From contig JAQUUP010000002.1 in NCBI GenBank assembly GCA_028693815.1, positions 74,807 to 138,806 of the forward strand: a stretch of DNA of 64,000 bases, in the 5' to 3' direction. The notes below the pieces were generated by a model. The model had not been told where the DNA came from and did no database searches. It saw only the letters and a program-made list of their open reading frames with translations. This DNA comes from Candidatus Omnitrophota bacterium (GTDB lineage: Bacteria; Omnitrophota; Gorgyraeia; Zapsychrales; Aceulaceae). Below, one piece after another: positions 30,358-40,945 of the stretch. The stretch's first letter is position 1; the number at the start of each line of letters is the position of its first letter. Both the position numbers and the translations under genes were made by a program.

Positions 30358-30519
30358 ATGAAAAAAATAATATTATTTTTATTGGGTTTATGTGTCTTGA
30401 TTGCAGGCGTTAGTTGTGTATTGTTGTTCTGGAAAGATGTGGTGATTCTTTTTAAAGGGTTAATTGGCGGAATTTTGGCTGTTGGGGGCCTTGCGATGAT
30501 GTCGGTCGCGCGGGATTGA
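30358..30519 (+). CDS. Small two-TM membrane protein of 53 aa, translationally adjacent to the CaCA gene.
   Basis: MKKIILFLLGLCVLIAGVSCVLLFWKDVVILFKGLIGGILAVGGLAMMSVARD. Stop is 1 nt before the next start. Confidence 0.5.
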   Translation: MKKIILFLLGLCVLIAGVSCVLLFWKDVVILFKGLIGGILAVGGLAMMSVARD

Positions 30520-30520
30520 T

Positions 30521-31522
30521 ATGGAAAATTTAATTATTTGGTTAAAGTTTTCTATGAGTGCAGGGCTTGTCATTTTTTCTGGGATCAAGCTAACAAAATG
30601 TGCTGACATCCTAAGTGATCGGTTTTCTATTAATAAAGCTTGGATGGGGATGATTCTTTTGGGAGCGATTACCTCACTTCCAGAGGCAACGGCAAGTATT
30701 GCATCAGCGGCAGTGATTCGTGCGCCAAACCTAGCGATTGGGAATATTGCTGGTAGTGTTAATTTTAACTTAATGATTGTTGTTTTGATGGATTTTATGT
30801 ATCATAGGGGTTCTGTTACTGGACAAATTCAAGTAAAACGAACATATGAATGGTCTGCGGTATTTTATGGAATTCTTTCTTCTATTGTTGTTATTGAAAT
30901 ATTCTTATCACCAAAGACAAATTTAATTACGTTTGGTCCAGTAAGCTTGGGAAGTATTTTGATTGTGATTTTTTATTTTCTAGGATCAAAATTTATTTTT
31001 AAGAAAAAAGTTAAAGACACCGACTCTCGTATTAAGCACGTAGTAAGCGTTCAAGACAAGATATTGATTTTTAAAATGGTTGCTGGAGCGTTAGTTGTTA
31101 TTTTTAGCGGTATTTGGCTTTCGGGCATATGTGATCAAATTTCTAGCATTACAGGGTTGGGTCAGACTTTTGTAGGAACAACATTTTTAGGTTTTGTGAC
31201 ATCGTTGCCTGAGATTGTGGTTTCTCTTTCAGCTTTAAGAATGGGCGCATTTGATTTGGCGTTTGGTAATATTTTTGGCAGCAATATGGTTAATCTTCTG
31301 ATTTTAGCAGTATCTGATTTATTTTATATTAAAGGTCCCATTTTTGCCGACGTGTCTCAAACGCATATTTTAATGATGACGTTAAGCGTTGTTTTGACAA
31401 CGATTTTAATTGTTGGGATTCGAAAGGGCGTAAAAAAGACATTTTTTGGATTTGGGTTTGATACAATATTAATGATGATTTGTTTTGCAGTTGGCATGAA
31501 ATTTTTGTATGATTTGAGATAA
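30521..31522 (+). CDS. Na+/Ca2+ (cation/Ca2+) exchanger CaCA family (YrbG-like).
   Basis: Two alpha-repeats: GNIAGSVNFNLMIV and GNIFGSNMVNLLIL; 10 TM. Confidence 0.8.
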   Translation: MENLIIWLKFSMSAGLVIFSGIKLTKCADILSDRFSINKAWMGMILLGAITSLPEATASIASAAVIRAPNLAIGNIAGSVNFNLMIVVLMDFMYHRGSVTGQIQVKRTYEWSAVFYGILSSIVVIEIFLSPKTNLITFGPVSLGSILIVIFYFLGSKFIFKKKVKDTDSRIKHVVSVQDKILIFKMVAGALVVIFSGIWLSGICDQISSITGLGQTFVGTTFLGFVTSLPEIVVSLSALRMGAFDLAFGNIFGSNMVNLLILAVSDLFYIKGPIFADVSQTHILMMTLSVVLTTILIVGIRKGVKKTFFGFGFDTILMMICFAVGMKFLYDLR

Positions 31523-31559
31523 ATTTTTTAAGATATTTTAAGTGACGGGAGAAGATTAG

Positions 31560-32165
31560 ATGAGAAAGAAGTTGAGAGGATACTTTGTTTCAGGGTTGAT
31601 TATATTCTTGCCATTATCGCTAACGATTTATTTATTGATTTTTACCTTTAGCATAGCTGATAATTTTTTAGGTAAATATATTCAACCGTATTTTGCGCGT
31701 GAATTTGGTTTTTATATTCAGGGCATTAGCATTTTAGTGTGTTTTCTTTTTATCCTTCTTATTGGATTTCTTATGACAAATTTCTTAAGTCGTAAAATTT
31801 ATCCAGTTTTAGAGGGATGGCTGGTAAGACTTCCTTTCTTTAAGCAGGTTTATCCGGCGTTTAAACAAATGGCGATTTTTTTATTTTCGCCTGAGAAAAT
31901 GGCTTTTCGTCAAGTAGTGTTGATAGAATATCCTCGCAAGGGTGTGTATTCGTATGGATTCTTAACTAATAAAGCATCTGAAAAAGTAATGGAAAAAATA
32001 CAACAAGATGTTTGTCATGTATTTATTCCAAGCGCCCCTGGTCCGTTGACAGGTTTTGTTCTTTTGGTTCCTCGTAAAGATTTGATTTATGTTGATATTA
32101 GTGTTGAGGAAGCTGTTCGGACGATTGTTTCAGGTGGTGTTGTTAATTCTATGGAAAGGAGATAG
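31560..32165 (+). CDS. DUF502-family membrane protein.
   Basis: N-terminal hairpin TM plus conserved domain; 201 aa. Confidence 0.5.
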   Translation: MRKKLRGYFVSGLIIFLPLSLTIYLLIFTFSIADNFLGKYIQPYFAREFGFYIQGISILVCFLFILLIGFLMTNFLSRKIYPVLEGWLVRLPFFKQVYPAFKQMAIFLFSPEKMAFRQVVLIEYPRKGVYSYGFLTNKASEKVMEKIQQDVCHVFIPSAPGPLTGFVLLVPRKDLIYVDISVEEAVRTIVSGGVVNSMERR

Positions 32166-32167
32166 TG

Positions 32168-32251
32168 ATGGGAAAAAGACAAAGACGTGGCAAATTAAGC
32201 TGGCGTGGCAAAAAAGCGCGACATGGAAAAAGTCCGAACAAGGGACATTAA
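32168..32251 (+). CDS. Candidate small basic peptide of 27 aa (MGKRQRRGKLSWRGKKARHGKSPNKGH) with a strong SD, 3 nt after the DUF502 stop.
   Basis: AGGAG at 7 nt upstream; 11 K/R/H out of 27 residues. Not in the ORF track (below 60 aa). Confidence 0.25.
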   Translation: MGKRQRRGKLSWRGKKARHGKSPNKGH

Positions 32252-32283
32252 GTTTTTGAAAATCTAATTTAAGGAGGAAATAA

Positions 32284-34383
32284 ATGTCAGAAAATATTTT
32301 GTTATTAGTTCCTATTTGCGGATGTTTCGCTTTGGGTGTTTCTATCTTTTTGTTTTTTTCGATTATGAAAAAAGATGAAGGAACAGATCGCATGAAAGAG
32401 ATTGCATCAGCTGTGCGTGAGGGGGCAAGTGCTTATTTGAGTCGACAATATAAAGCTGTTGGTATCTTTTTTGCAGTTGTTTTTGCTATCTTGCTTCTTT
32501 TAGCCTCAAGAGGGTATTTGGTTATTTTTGTTCCATTTGCATTTTTAACAGGTGGATTTTTATCAGGACTATCGGGTTTTTGTGGAATGAAGGTTGCAAC
32601 ATTGGCATCTGCTCGAACAGCCAATGCATGCCGCACTTCGTTAAATGGAGGTCTTCGCGTTGCATTTTCTTCAGGATGTGTTATGGGGTTTTCTGTTGTT
32701 GGATTTGGACTTTTGAATTTAACCGCATGGTATTTTTTCCTTAAATGGTATTATTCAACACATATGTTGCCAGTAGGAATTCCTGATGTTCCAACTGCAA
32801 TTACAAGTGTTATGCTAACTGTTGGTTTGGGTGCAAGCTTTTTGGCATTATTTTCCCGTGTCGGTGGAGGTATTTTTACAAAAGCAGCTGACGTTGGTGC
32901 TGATCTTGTTGGTAAGGTTGAAGTAGGCATTCCAGAAGATGATCCAAGAAATCCTGCGGTTATTGCAGATAATGTGGGCGATAATGTCGGTGATGTTGCG
33001 GGTATGGGTGCTGATCTTTTTGAATCGTATATTGGATCTATTGTCGCAGCAGCAGCATTAGGCGTTGCCGCTGGGTTAGGCTTTAAAGGAATGATTACGC
33101 CTTTGGTTATTGCGGCAATTGGGATTGTATCATCTATTATTGGGATGTTTTTTGTTCGCACAGGTGAAGACGCGTCACAAAAAGTTCTTCTTAAAGCATT
33201 GCATGCAGGTGTTAATGTGGCGTCTGCTTTAGTTTTCATATTGTCTGTTGGATTTGTTTATTTATTTTTAGGAAAAGAAAATATTGGTGTTGCAGGCGCT
33301 GTTGTGACAGGTCTTGTGGCTGGTATTTTGATTGGTCATGTGACTGAATATTTCACGTCTTCTCATTTTGCTCCAACAAAAAGAATTGCCAAAGCATCTG
33401 AGACAGGACCTGCGACTGTTATTATTGAAGGGTTGTCTGTTGGAATGATCTCAACTGCTATTCCTGTTGTGATTGTGTCAGTGGGCATTCTTTTAAGTTA
33501 TTATTTGGCTGGTCTTTATGGCATTGGAATTGCTGCTGTCGGCATGCTTAGTACACTGGGGATTACACTTGCGACAGATGCGTATGGTCCAGTTGCAGAT
33601 AATGCTGGCGGAAACGCAGAAATGGCAGGATTAGACCCTGAAGTCAGAAAGAGAACAGATGCACTTGATTCTCTTGGAAATACAACGGCAGCAACTGGAA
33701 AAGGTTTTGCCATCGGATCTGCCGCTTTAACAGCGCTTGCTTTGATCGCAACATTTAAGGAAAAAGCTGTTGTAGAAGCAGGGGCTTTGAGCATGCCAGA
33801 TTTTGGATTGAATTTAGATTTGATGGATCCAAAAGTATTGGTTGGTGTTTTTATAGGGGTTACGATGCCGTATATTTTTTCAGCATTAACCATGAGCGCT
33901 GTTGGTCGTGCGGCAGGACAAGTTGTTGTTGAAGTTCGACGCCAATTTAAAGAAATTGTAGGTATTATGGAAGGAACTGGAAAACCAGATTATGCAAGTT
34001 GTGTAGATATCGTAACAACATCAGCTTTAAAGGAAATGGTTTTGCCAGCGATGCTCGCGATTTTAACCCCGATTGTTCTTGGTCTTTTGTTGGGAGTTAA
34101 TAGTTTGGGCGGGCTTCTAATGGGCGCAACAGCATCTGGATTTGTTTTAGCTGTTATGATGGCAAATTCTGGAGGTGCTTGGGATAATGCTAAGAAATAT
34201 ATTGAAGAAGGTAATTTTGGTGGAAAAGGATCAGCTTGTCATAAGGCAACGGTTACAGGAGACACGGTCGGTGATCCTTTTAAGGATACATCTGGACCAA
34301 GTATTAATATTCTTATTAAATTGATGTCTATGGTTTCGATTGTACTTGTTGCTTTTATTATTCAAAATACACTTTGTAAATAA
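32284..34383 (+). CDS. hppA: Membrane-bound proton/sodium-translocating pyrophosphatase.
   Basis: [21 protein letters not shown], GGxWDNAKK and other H+-PPase signatures; 699 aa. Confidence 0.95.
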   Translation: MSENILLLVPICGCFALGVSIFLFFSIMKKDEGTDRMKEIASAVREGASAYLSRQYKAVGIFFAVVFAILLLLASRGYLVIFVPFAFLTGGFLSGLSGFCGMKVATLASARTANACRTSLNGGLRVAFSSGCVMGFSVVGFGLLNLTAWYFFLKWYYSTHMLPVGIPDVPTAITSVMLTVGLGASFLALFSRVGGGIFTKAADVGADLVGKVEVGIPEDDPRNPAVIADNVGDNVGDVAGMGADLFESYIGSIVAAAALGVAAGLGFKGMITPLVIAAIGIVSSIIGMFFVRTGEDASQKVLLKALHAGVNVASALVFILSVGFVYLFLGKENIGVAGAVVTGLVAGILIGHVTEYFTSSHFAPTKRIAKASETGPATVIIEGLSVGMISTAIPVVIVSVGILLSYYLAGLYGIGIAAVGMLSTLGITLATDAYGPVADNAGGNAEMAGLDPEVRKRTDALDSLGNTTAATGKGFAIGSAALTALALIATFKEKAVVEAGALSMPDFGLNLDLMDPKVLVGVFIGVTMPYIFSALTMSAVGRAAGQVVVEVRRQFKEIVGIMEGTGKPDYASCVDIVTTSALKEMVLPAMLAILTPIVLGLLLGVNSLGGLLMGATASGFVLAVMMANSGGAWDNAKKYIEEGNFGGKGSACHKATVTGDTVGDPFKDTSGPSINILIKLMSMVSIVLVAFIIQNTLCK

Positions 34384-34461
34384 AGATATCATTTTGTTTT
34401 TTGTGATAATATAAATGATAAAATAGGTAATTGAAGGAAGTTTTTTCTTTGTTTTTATATT

Positions 34462-35997
34462 ATGATTAATAAAGAAAATCAATTGAGTCAACCTCATCAT
34501 CCGCGTCCGCAGTGGCGGACGCGGATGGGATTTATTCTAGCGGCGCTGGGATCTGCTGTTGGTCTTGGAAATATTTGGCGGTTTTCGTATCTTTGTTATA
34601 AGAATGGAGGAGGCGCATTTTTAATTCCTTATGTGATTGCGCTTTTTGTTGTTGGTATTCCTTTGATGATTCTAGAGCTTGGGTTGGGTCACAAAATGCG
34701 CGGCTCAACGCCGATGTGTTTTGCTAAAGTAGATCGTCATTGGGAGTGGGCTGGCTGGTGGGCTGCGAATTGTGCGATGTTTGGCATTATGGTGTATTAT
34801 GCGGTTATTATTGCTTGGTGTGTTAGCTATGTCTTTTTTTCTTTTCATTTGTCTTGGGGTGCAGACCCGAATGATTTCTTTTTTAATCAATATTTGCAGG
34901 TGAGTCAAAGTCCTGGAAGTATTGGGGATATTCGAACGCCGATTCTTTTTTCCTTGAGTGCGGTTTGGTTTTTAAGCTGGGGCATTGTATTCTTTGGTGT
35001 TCAAAAAGGGGTGGAGCGCGCCAATAAAATTTTTATGCCGTTGTTGTTTGCTCTTATTTTGATTTTGGTGGCTTGGAGCGTAAATTTAAAGGGAGCGGCG
35101 ATTGGAATTGAGAAATATTTAAAACCAGATTTTTCTCTTTTATCTAAGCCTCAGATTTGGATTGATGCTTTTTCTCAGATATTTTTTACTTTGTCTTTGG
35201 GTTTTGGTATTATGATGACATATGCGTCGTATTTGCCGCGCAAGGCAAATATTATTAAAGATGCGCTTATTATTAGCGTTGGCAATTGCTTGTTTTCATT
35301 TATTTCTGGATTTGCCGTTTTTGGTGTTTTAGGTTATATGTCATTTAAGACAGGGCTTCCTGTTGGTGAAGTGGTCAAGGAATCGATTGGGCTTGCGTTT
35401 GTGACTTATCCTCAGGCCATTAGTTTGATGCCGGGATTTGCTAATATCTTTGGTGTTTTGTTTTTTGGGATGTTGGTCGTCGCTGGGCTATCGAGTGCGA
35501 TTTCTTTAGTTGAGGCATTTACATCGGCAGTTATTGATAAATTTCATTATCCGCGTAAAGTAATTGTGTCGGTTGTGTGTACGGTGGGATTCTTCGGAAG
35601 TATGATTTTTTCAACTAAGGCAGGGATTTATTGGGTCGATATTGTTGATCATTTTATTACACATTATGGGCTTGTTGTAATTGGCATTATTGAATGTCTT
35701 TTAGTGGGATGGATCTTAAAATCACAGAAATTACGTGACCATATTAATCATGTGACACAAAAAAGCTTAAGCCCGACTTGGGATGTGTGCGTGCGTTTTG
35801 TTACGCCTTTGGTGTTGGGAATTTTGTTGATTAATGATTTAGTCAAAGAAGTTGCTCAGCCTTATGGTGGATATTCGTGGATGGCGATCATTTTAATTGG
35901 GCGTGACTGGCTTTTGGCGGCACTGATTGTATCTTTGTTTGTGGCGGCAAGGTCTTGGAAGCGAGATTTTGAAGTGGCTGAAAATATTGAGAAATAA
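34462..35997 (+). CDS. Sodium-dependent transporter, SNF/NSS family.
   Basis: GLGNIWRFSYLCYKNGGGAFLIPY signature; 12 TM. Confidence 0.9.
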   Translation: MINKENQLSQPHHPRPQWRTRMGFILAALGSAVGLGNIWRFSYLCYKNGGGAFLIPYVIALFVVGIPLMILELGLGHKMRGSTPMCFAKVDRHWEWAGWWAANCAMFGIMVYYAVIIAWCVSYVFFSFHLSWGADPNDFFFNQYLQVSQSPGSIGDIRTPILFSLSAVWFLSWGIVFFGVQKGVERANKIFMPLLFALILILVAWSVNLKGAAIGIEKYLKPDFSLLSKPQIWIDAFSQIFFTLSLGFGIMMTYASYLPRKANIIKDALIISVGNCLFSFISGFAVFGVLGYMSFKTGLPVGEVVKESIGLAFVTYPQAISLMPGFANIFGVLFFGMLVVAGLSSAISLVEAFTSAVIDKFHYPRKVIVSVVCTVGFFGSMIFSTKAGIYWVDIVDHFITHYGLVVIGIIECLLVGWILKSQKLRDHINHVTQKSLSPTWDVCVRFVTPLVLGILLINDLVKEVAQPYGGYSWMAIILIGRDWLLAALIVSLFVAARSWKRDFEVAENIEK

Positions 35998-36024
35998 GAT
36001 TAATTTTAAATGGGGGGGGATGGC

Positions 36025-36423
36025 ATGTTTTATTTGCGGCAAAGAAAATCTTTATGGGTCGTGCTTGTGCTTATTTTTTCGTTGACAGCAGGCGGTTGTG
36101 TTTATGCCGTCGTCGGTGGGCTCGGGGCGTTGGGCGGTTATGCGATTAGCCCAGATACTGTCGAAGGAGATTCTGAGCTTGATTATGATACGATTTGGGA
36201 TTCGGCTGTTGAGATTGTTGGCGTTATGGGCCTTATTCAGACTAAGGATTATAAACTTGGAACGATTAAAGCAATAGTGAATGGGGCAGCGGTTACGATT
36301 GATATTGCACAAATTTCTTCATTAGAAGTTCGTTTACGTGTTAAGGCTCGAAAAAATATGCTTCCTAATATTGGAATTGCTCAGGATGTTTTTGTGAAGA
36401 TTAAAAATCGTGCAAGGCAATAA
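36025..36423 (+). CDS. Small lipoprotein, hypothetical.
   Basis: Signal peptide with lipobox LTAGGC. Confidence 0.45.
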   Translation: MFYLRQRKSLWVVLVLIFSLTAGGCVYAVVGGLGALGGYAISPDTVEGDSELDYDTIWDSAVEIVGVMGLIQTKDYKLGTIKAIVNGAAVTIDIAQISSLEVRLRVKARKNMLPNIGIAQDVFVKIKNRARQ

Positions 36424-36465
36424 AAGTTGGCTAAGAAGATATCAGATGATATACGTTGAAACCCG

Positions 36466-36493
36466 TTGACAACTCGAATAACTTTGATACAAT
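36466..36493 (+). promoter_or_regulatory. Sigma70-type promoter TTGACA-16-TACAAT, upstream of tRNA-Phe.
   Basis: Consensus hexamers about 30 nt before the tRNA. Confidence 0.6.
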
Positions 36494-36524
36494 GGGATTT
36501 TTAAATATAAAAAAATTGATTTAT

Positions 36525-36597
36525 GCCGAGATAGCTCAGTTGGTAGAGCGAAGGCCTGAAAAGCCTTGCGTCGACGGTTCAATTCCGCCTCTCGGCA
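36525..36597 (+). tRNA. tRNA-Phe (GAA).
   Basis: Manual cloverleaf: acceptor gccgaga/tctcggc, D-arm gctc-agttggta-gagc, anticodon stem aaggc/gcctt with loop ctGAAaa, T-loop ttcaatt. Confidence 0.85.
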
Positions 36598-36703
36598 CTT
36601 TTTATTTTATAGCCACTCGAAACATCGTAAAAAATTCCGTTATTCTATTTTCTGTTTTTAAGTATTTTTTTTGGAGTTTCTATTTTAGAAAGCCAAGATA
36701 TTG

Positions 36704-36743
36704 GTGCTTTTGCTAGTTTTCCTAAGGGGACTAGCACTTTTTC
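36704..36743 (+). terminator. Hairpin plus T-run after tRNA-Phe.
   Basis: gtgc..tgctagt / actagcac followed by ctttttc. Confidence 0.45.
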
Positions 36744-36864
36744 TTGATTGGGATTTTAAGGAAAGTGAGTGTGGCGCAAGTTTTTCTCAAAAAAGCATTA
36801 AGGTAAACTTGCTGGCGCCCCTAAAGGGACTGGCAATTTTGCTTGATTTGATATTAAGGTAATT

Positions 36865-36937
<73 letters not shown>

Positions 36938-36971
36938 CTTCTTGTTTTCTTTCTTTAAAATTTTTTAAGTG

Positions 36972-37112
36972 AAAGAAAAAAGAAGACCCTCGAACAGCTT
37001 TTAAAAATGTTTGAGCGATTCGGGGGCGAGAAGGAAGCTGAGCTTTTTGTCTAGGCTAAAGAAAAAAGAAGACCCTCGAACAGTTTGTCAAAATATTTAA
37101 GCGATTCGGGGG
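36972..37112 (+). repeat. Two 55-nt direct repeats (aaagaaaaaagaagaccctcgaacag...gagcgattcggggg) with an 86-nt period. Each contains an 8-bp stem ccctcgaa/ttcggggg.
   Basis: Copies at 36972..37026 and 37058..37112, with a further gagggtctttt pairing at 37148. Confidence 0.7.
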
Positions 37113-37168
37113 AAAAAGAAATCAAGGCTCTTGCCTGCGATTGGAAAGAGGGTCTTTTAGAAAGTTAA

Positions 37169-38902
37169 ATGATAAGAAGACAATATTTTTCTCATTTTTT
37201 CTCCCGTACACCTGTTCAAATCTTTATCCTTCTTAGTTTTGGTTTTTTTCTTTACTCATTTATGCTGTCTGCTCCATTTAAGGTGTTGGACGATCAGATT
37301 TCTATTTTAGACAACACTCAAATTCAAAGTTTAAGAAATATCCCGGCTATCTTTAAAACTTCTTTCTTTGGCGCTAATCGATATTATCGCCCTCTTGTTA
37401 CCCTTAGTTTTGCTCTTAATTATCGCTGGTTTGGATTTAATCCATTCTTTTTTAATTTAACAAATTTATTCCTGCATTTGTTGGTTTCTTTGCTTGTCTT
37501 TAAATCTGTTAGTCTTATTCTGAAAAACAAGGTTTTAGGGTTTTTGACAGCGCTTCTTTTTGTCATTCATCCGATCAACGCCGAGGCTGTATCGTACATC
37601 GCAGGCCGATCAATTTTATTATGTGCTTTTTTTGAATGGTCGAGTTTTATTTTGTATTGTCTTTTTAGAGAAAAGAAAAAGATTGTGTATTATGCTTTAT
37701 CTTTGTTTTGTTTTTGTTTAGCTCTTTTGAGCAAGGAATCTTCTGTGATGTTGCCATTTGTTTTGTTGGCATATGAGTTTTTTATAAAGAATTTCGTTCG
37801 AAGAGATATTTTAAAATTGGTTAAAAATATTTCTCCATTTTTTGTTCTACTAGTAACTTATGCCATTATTAGGAAAATTCTTGGCATAGTAGCAATTCCA
37901 CACGGATTTATGCTTAAAGATATTCTTTTAGGAATAGCAACATTTTTAACATCTATTTTTGGGTATCTTCGTATTTTTATTTTTCCGTACGATTTGTATT
38001 TTGATCGAATTTTTCCTTTGGAAAAAAGTTTTTTTAGTGGTTCTATTTTAGGAGTTGTCCTTATCGCTTGTGTGTGCTTGTTTATTCTAATCAAGTTGCG
38101 TAAGCACATTAAAAAAGAAATGTTGTTTTTTTTAGTTTTTTTGGTGTTTACACTTTTTCCTGTTTCACAAATTATTCCTCTTCGCTTGCAACCAGGATAT
38201 ATTATTTTTCCGAATCACTTTTGGTATGTTCCTTCTGTTGGAATTTTTGCACTCTTTGTAATTGTAAGTGTTTTCGTATACAAAAGAATCTCACCGATTA
38301 TTTTTAGAATAATGATCATTCTTTGGTTTGTTCTTTTGTCAGTGACCACAATTCAAGAAAATATTTATGCGACAAATGAAGAAGCTGTTATTGGTAAAAT
38401 TCTTTTTTATCAGCCTTCTCATGTGCGGGCTCATACGATTATGGGTCTAAAAAGGGCAGAAGAAGAAAATTTTAAGGAGGCCGAGTATCATTTTGAAGAA
38501 GCGCTTAAAGCTGATCCTTTTAATGCAAGAGCGCGTATAAGCCTTGGAAAAGCGTTGGTTGATCAAGGTCAATATTGGCAAGGGATTAGCCAGTATGATC
38601 AGGTTGTTGGTGCAGAGAATTTAGAGAAGACGCTCAACGAAAACAAAACTAAAGTCTATGAAATTTTGCAAAATAAATATGAGCAGATGCTTAAAAGTGA
38701 TCCAGAAAATCCATCTATTTATTATAGCCTTGGGGTTGTGTATTCTGAAAAAGAAGAGTTTTTAAAGGCTATTTCGCTTTATCAAAAAACACTTTTGCTT
38801 GATCCTAGTTTTGATAATGCTCGACAGAATTTATGCTATGGTTATCATATGTTGGGAGAAGGAAAAAAAGCACAAGAATGTCTGGAAGGCAAGCTTCCTT
38901 AA
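37169..38902 (+). CDS. Polytopic membrane protein with C-terminal TPR repeats, a likely GT-C-fold glycosyltransferase (PMT/ArnT-like).
   Basis: About 11 TM; early periplasmic-loop DD motif (FKVLDDQISIL); C-terminal TPRs (...AEYHFEEALKADPFNARA...YYSLGVVY...). Confidence 0.4.
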   Translation: MIRRQYFSHFFSRTPVQIFILLSFGFFLYSFMLSAPFKVLDDQISILDNTQIQSLRNIPAIFKTSFFGANRYYRPLVTLSFALNYRWFGFNPFFFNLTNLFLHLLVSLLVFKSVSLILKNKVLGFLTALLFVIHPINAEAVSYIAGRSILLCAFFEWSSFILYCLFREKKKIVYYALSLFCFCLALLSKESSVMLPFVLLAYEFFIKNFVRRDILKLVKNISPFFVLLVTYAIIRKILGIVAIPHGFMLKDILLGIATFLTSIFGYLRIFIFPYDLYFDRIFPLEKSFFSGSILGVVLIACVCLFILIKLRKHIKKEMLFFLVFLVFTLFPVSQIIPLRLQPGYIIFPNHFWYVPSVGIFALFVIVSVFVYKRISPIIFRIMIILWFVLLSVTTIQENIYATNEEAVIGKILFYQPSHVRAHTIMGLKRAEEENFKEAEYHFEEALKADPFNARARISLGKALVDQGQYWQGISQYDQVVGAENLEKTLNENKTKVYEILQNKYEQMLKSDPENPSIYYSLGVVYSEKEEFLKAISLYQKTLLLDPSFDNARQNLCYGYHMLGEGKKAQECLEGKLP

Positions 38903-39000
38903 AAGAAGAGCTGAAAGGTTTGTTTAAGCGAAAACTAATGTTATAATAAGCTGATTTTTAACGCTAAAAAAGCAATAAGTGATATTGATAAAACAAGAAT

Positions 39001-40263
39001 ATGATTGAGAATTTTAAAAATAAAAACTTTCTTTTTCTTTGGTTAGGACAAATCATTTCTCAGTTTGGAGATCGGATTAACCAAATGGCCTTGATTGGTC
39101 TTGTTGCTGGACGCATGCCTGGATCAACATTTGAGTTGGCGAAGTTGTTGTCCTTTACAATTATCCCTGTTTTTGTGGTTGGTCCAATTGCTGGCGTTTA
39201 TGTTGATCGATGGGACAGGCGTACAACGCTTTTTGTTTGTGATTTTGTTCGAGGACTTCTTGTCTTAACGATTCCAACTATTCTTATTTTTCAGAGTTCA
39301 ATGGTTCCTATTTATTTTGTTGTTTTTCTCATTTTTTGTTTAAGCCGTTTTTATGTTCCAGCTAAGATGTCAATTGTTCCTGATTTGGTTGCTAAAAAAA
39401 CATTATTGTCTGCTAATTCGCTTGTTTCGATTACAGGCATGATTGCTTTTGTCTTAGGGTGTGCGTTTGGTGGATATTTAGTCGAGAAAACAGGAGCAAG
39501 AGGGGGTTTCTTTTGGGATGCGGCAACATTTTTTACATCGGGCACTCTCGTTTTTCTCATTAATACAAAAATGAATATTCATCTTGATCGAAGAAAAATT
39601 ATTGATACGTCTAAAGAAATGATTAGCAAGATTAAAAAATCTGTTTTTGCTGATATTAAAGAAGGTTTTGTCTATCTTGTTAATCATAAAGAAATTCGTT
39701 TTGTGGTTAATATGATGTTTATTCTGATGGCAGCAGCTGGTGCGGTTTATGTGGTCATTATTGTTTTTGTTCAAGAGGCTTTTCAGAGTATTACTAAAGA
39801 TCTTGGGTTTTTGGCGGTTATTTTAGGTGTTGGATTATTTTGTGGATCAGTTTTGTATGGGCGATTTGGGAAAAAGTTTTCGCGTTTTAAGGTCATTTTT
39901 ACGTGTTTGATTCTTGGTGGCTTAATGATGACGGTTTTTGCTCTGGTTGTTCAAAAAATTCCTGTATTGTTTCTTGGCTCTGCTTTAGCTTTTTTGCTTG
40001 GATTAATTGTTGGCCCAATCTTTATTGCCTCGAATACTATTGTTCATGACTTAAGTAAGGATGAGATGAGAGGGAGGGTGTTTAGTTCACTCGAGTTTGT
40101 TATGCATTTAGGATTTTTGTTAGCTATGTTCATAAGTTCTTGGCTGTCTGACAAGATGAACGTTGCCAATTATAAAATTTTAATGGGGGTTGGCATTATC
40201 TTTTCTTTAGTCGGGGTTATTAGCTTAATATATTATAATCGTAATAAGAGTAGGATTGCATAA
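39001..40263 (+). CDS. MFS transporter (efflux type).
   Basis: FLFLWLGQIISQFGDRINQMAL...12 TM; 420 aa. Confidence 0.8.
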   Translation: MIENFKNKNFLFLWLGQIISQFGDRINQMALIGLVAGRMPGSTFELAKLLSFTIIPVFVVGPIAGVYVDRWDRRTTLFVCDFVRGLLVLTIPTILIFQSSMVPIYFVVFLIFCLSRFYVPAKMSIVPDLVAKKTLLSANSLVSITGMIAFVLGCAFGGYLVEKTGARGGFFWDAATFFTSGTLVFLINTKMNIHLDRRKIIDTSKEMISKIKKSVFADIKEGFVYLVNHKEIRFVVNMMFILMAAAGAVYVVIIVFVQEAFQSITKDLGFLAVILGVGLFCGSVLYGRFGKKFSRFKVIFTCLILGGLMMTVFALVVQKIPVLFLGSALAFLLGLIVGPIFIASNTIVHDLSKDEMRGRVFSSLEFVMHLGFLLAMFISSWLSDKMNVANYKILMGVGIIFSLVGVISLIYYNRNKSRIA

Positions 40264-40280
40264 GGAGGCGTAAAATTAGT

Positions 40281-40880
40281 ATGAAAAACTTTGCAGTCTT
40301 AGTAAGTGGTAATGGTTCGAATCTTCAAGCGATTATTGATGCGTTAGGCAAGAAAAAGATTAATGCAAAGCTTAATGTTGTTGTTTCGGATAATAGAAAT
40401 GCCTTTGCGCTAAAGCGTGCACTTAAGGCAGGGATCGCAACAGTTGTTGTCGATCCAAAGGCTTTTAAAAACCGAAAAGAAATGGACAAGGCTATTATAA
40501 AAGAGCTTAAAAGTTTTGGTGTTGATTTTGTTGTTTTGGCAGGATATATGCGTATTTTAAGCCCTTATTTTGTTAAGGCATACAAAAAAAAGATTCTTAA
40601 TATCCATCCAGCGCTTCTTCCTTTATTTAAGGGTGCTCATGCGATTAAAGATGCGTTTGATTCAGGCGTAAAGAAAACAGGCGTCACTGTTCATTTTGTT
40701 GATGAAAAAGTAGATCATGGGCCGATTATCGCGCAAGAGTCTATTTGCATTAAAAAAGGCGAGAGCCTAAAAAGCCTAGAGGCGCGTATTCACAAGGTCG
40801 AACATAAGCTTTATCCTAAAGTGATTCAATTATTCATTGATAAGAAATTGAAAATTGTTGAACGCAAAGTAAAAGAATAG
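40281..40880 (+). CDS. purN: Phosphoribosylglycinamide formyltransferase.
   Basis: MKNFAVLVSGNGSNLQAIID...NIHPALLP...HFVDEKVDHGPII. Confidence 0.9.
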   Translation: MKNFAVLVSGNGSNLQAIIDALGKKKINAKLNVVVSDNRNAFALKRALKAGIATVVVDPKAFKNRKEMDKAIIKELKSFGVDFVVLAGYMRILSPYFVKAYKKKILNIHPALLPLFKGAHAIKDAFDSGVKKTGVTVHFVDEKVDHGPIIAQESICIKKGESLKSLEARIHKVEHKLYPKVIQLFIDKKLKIVERKVKE

Positions 40881-40945
40881 TATTTTTCCACATCGTTTCA
40901 CAAAGCTAAGACCTATTTAATTCAACACTAAGAAAGAATTTCTTT

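Noticed and set aside
36456-36716. 86-aa + strand ORF.
   Set aside because: It spans tRNA-Phe and its terminator, and has no RBS.
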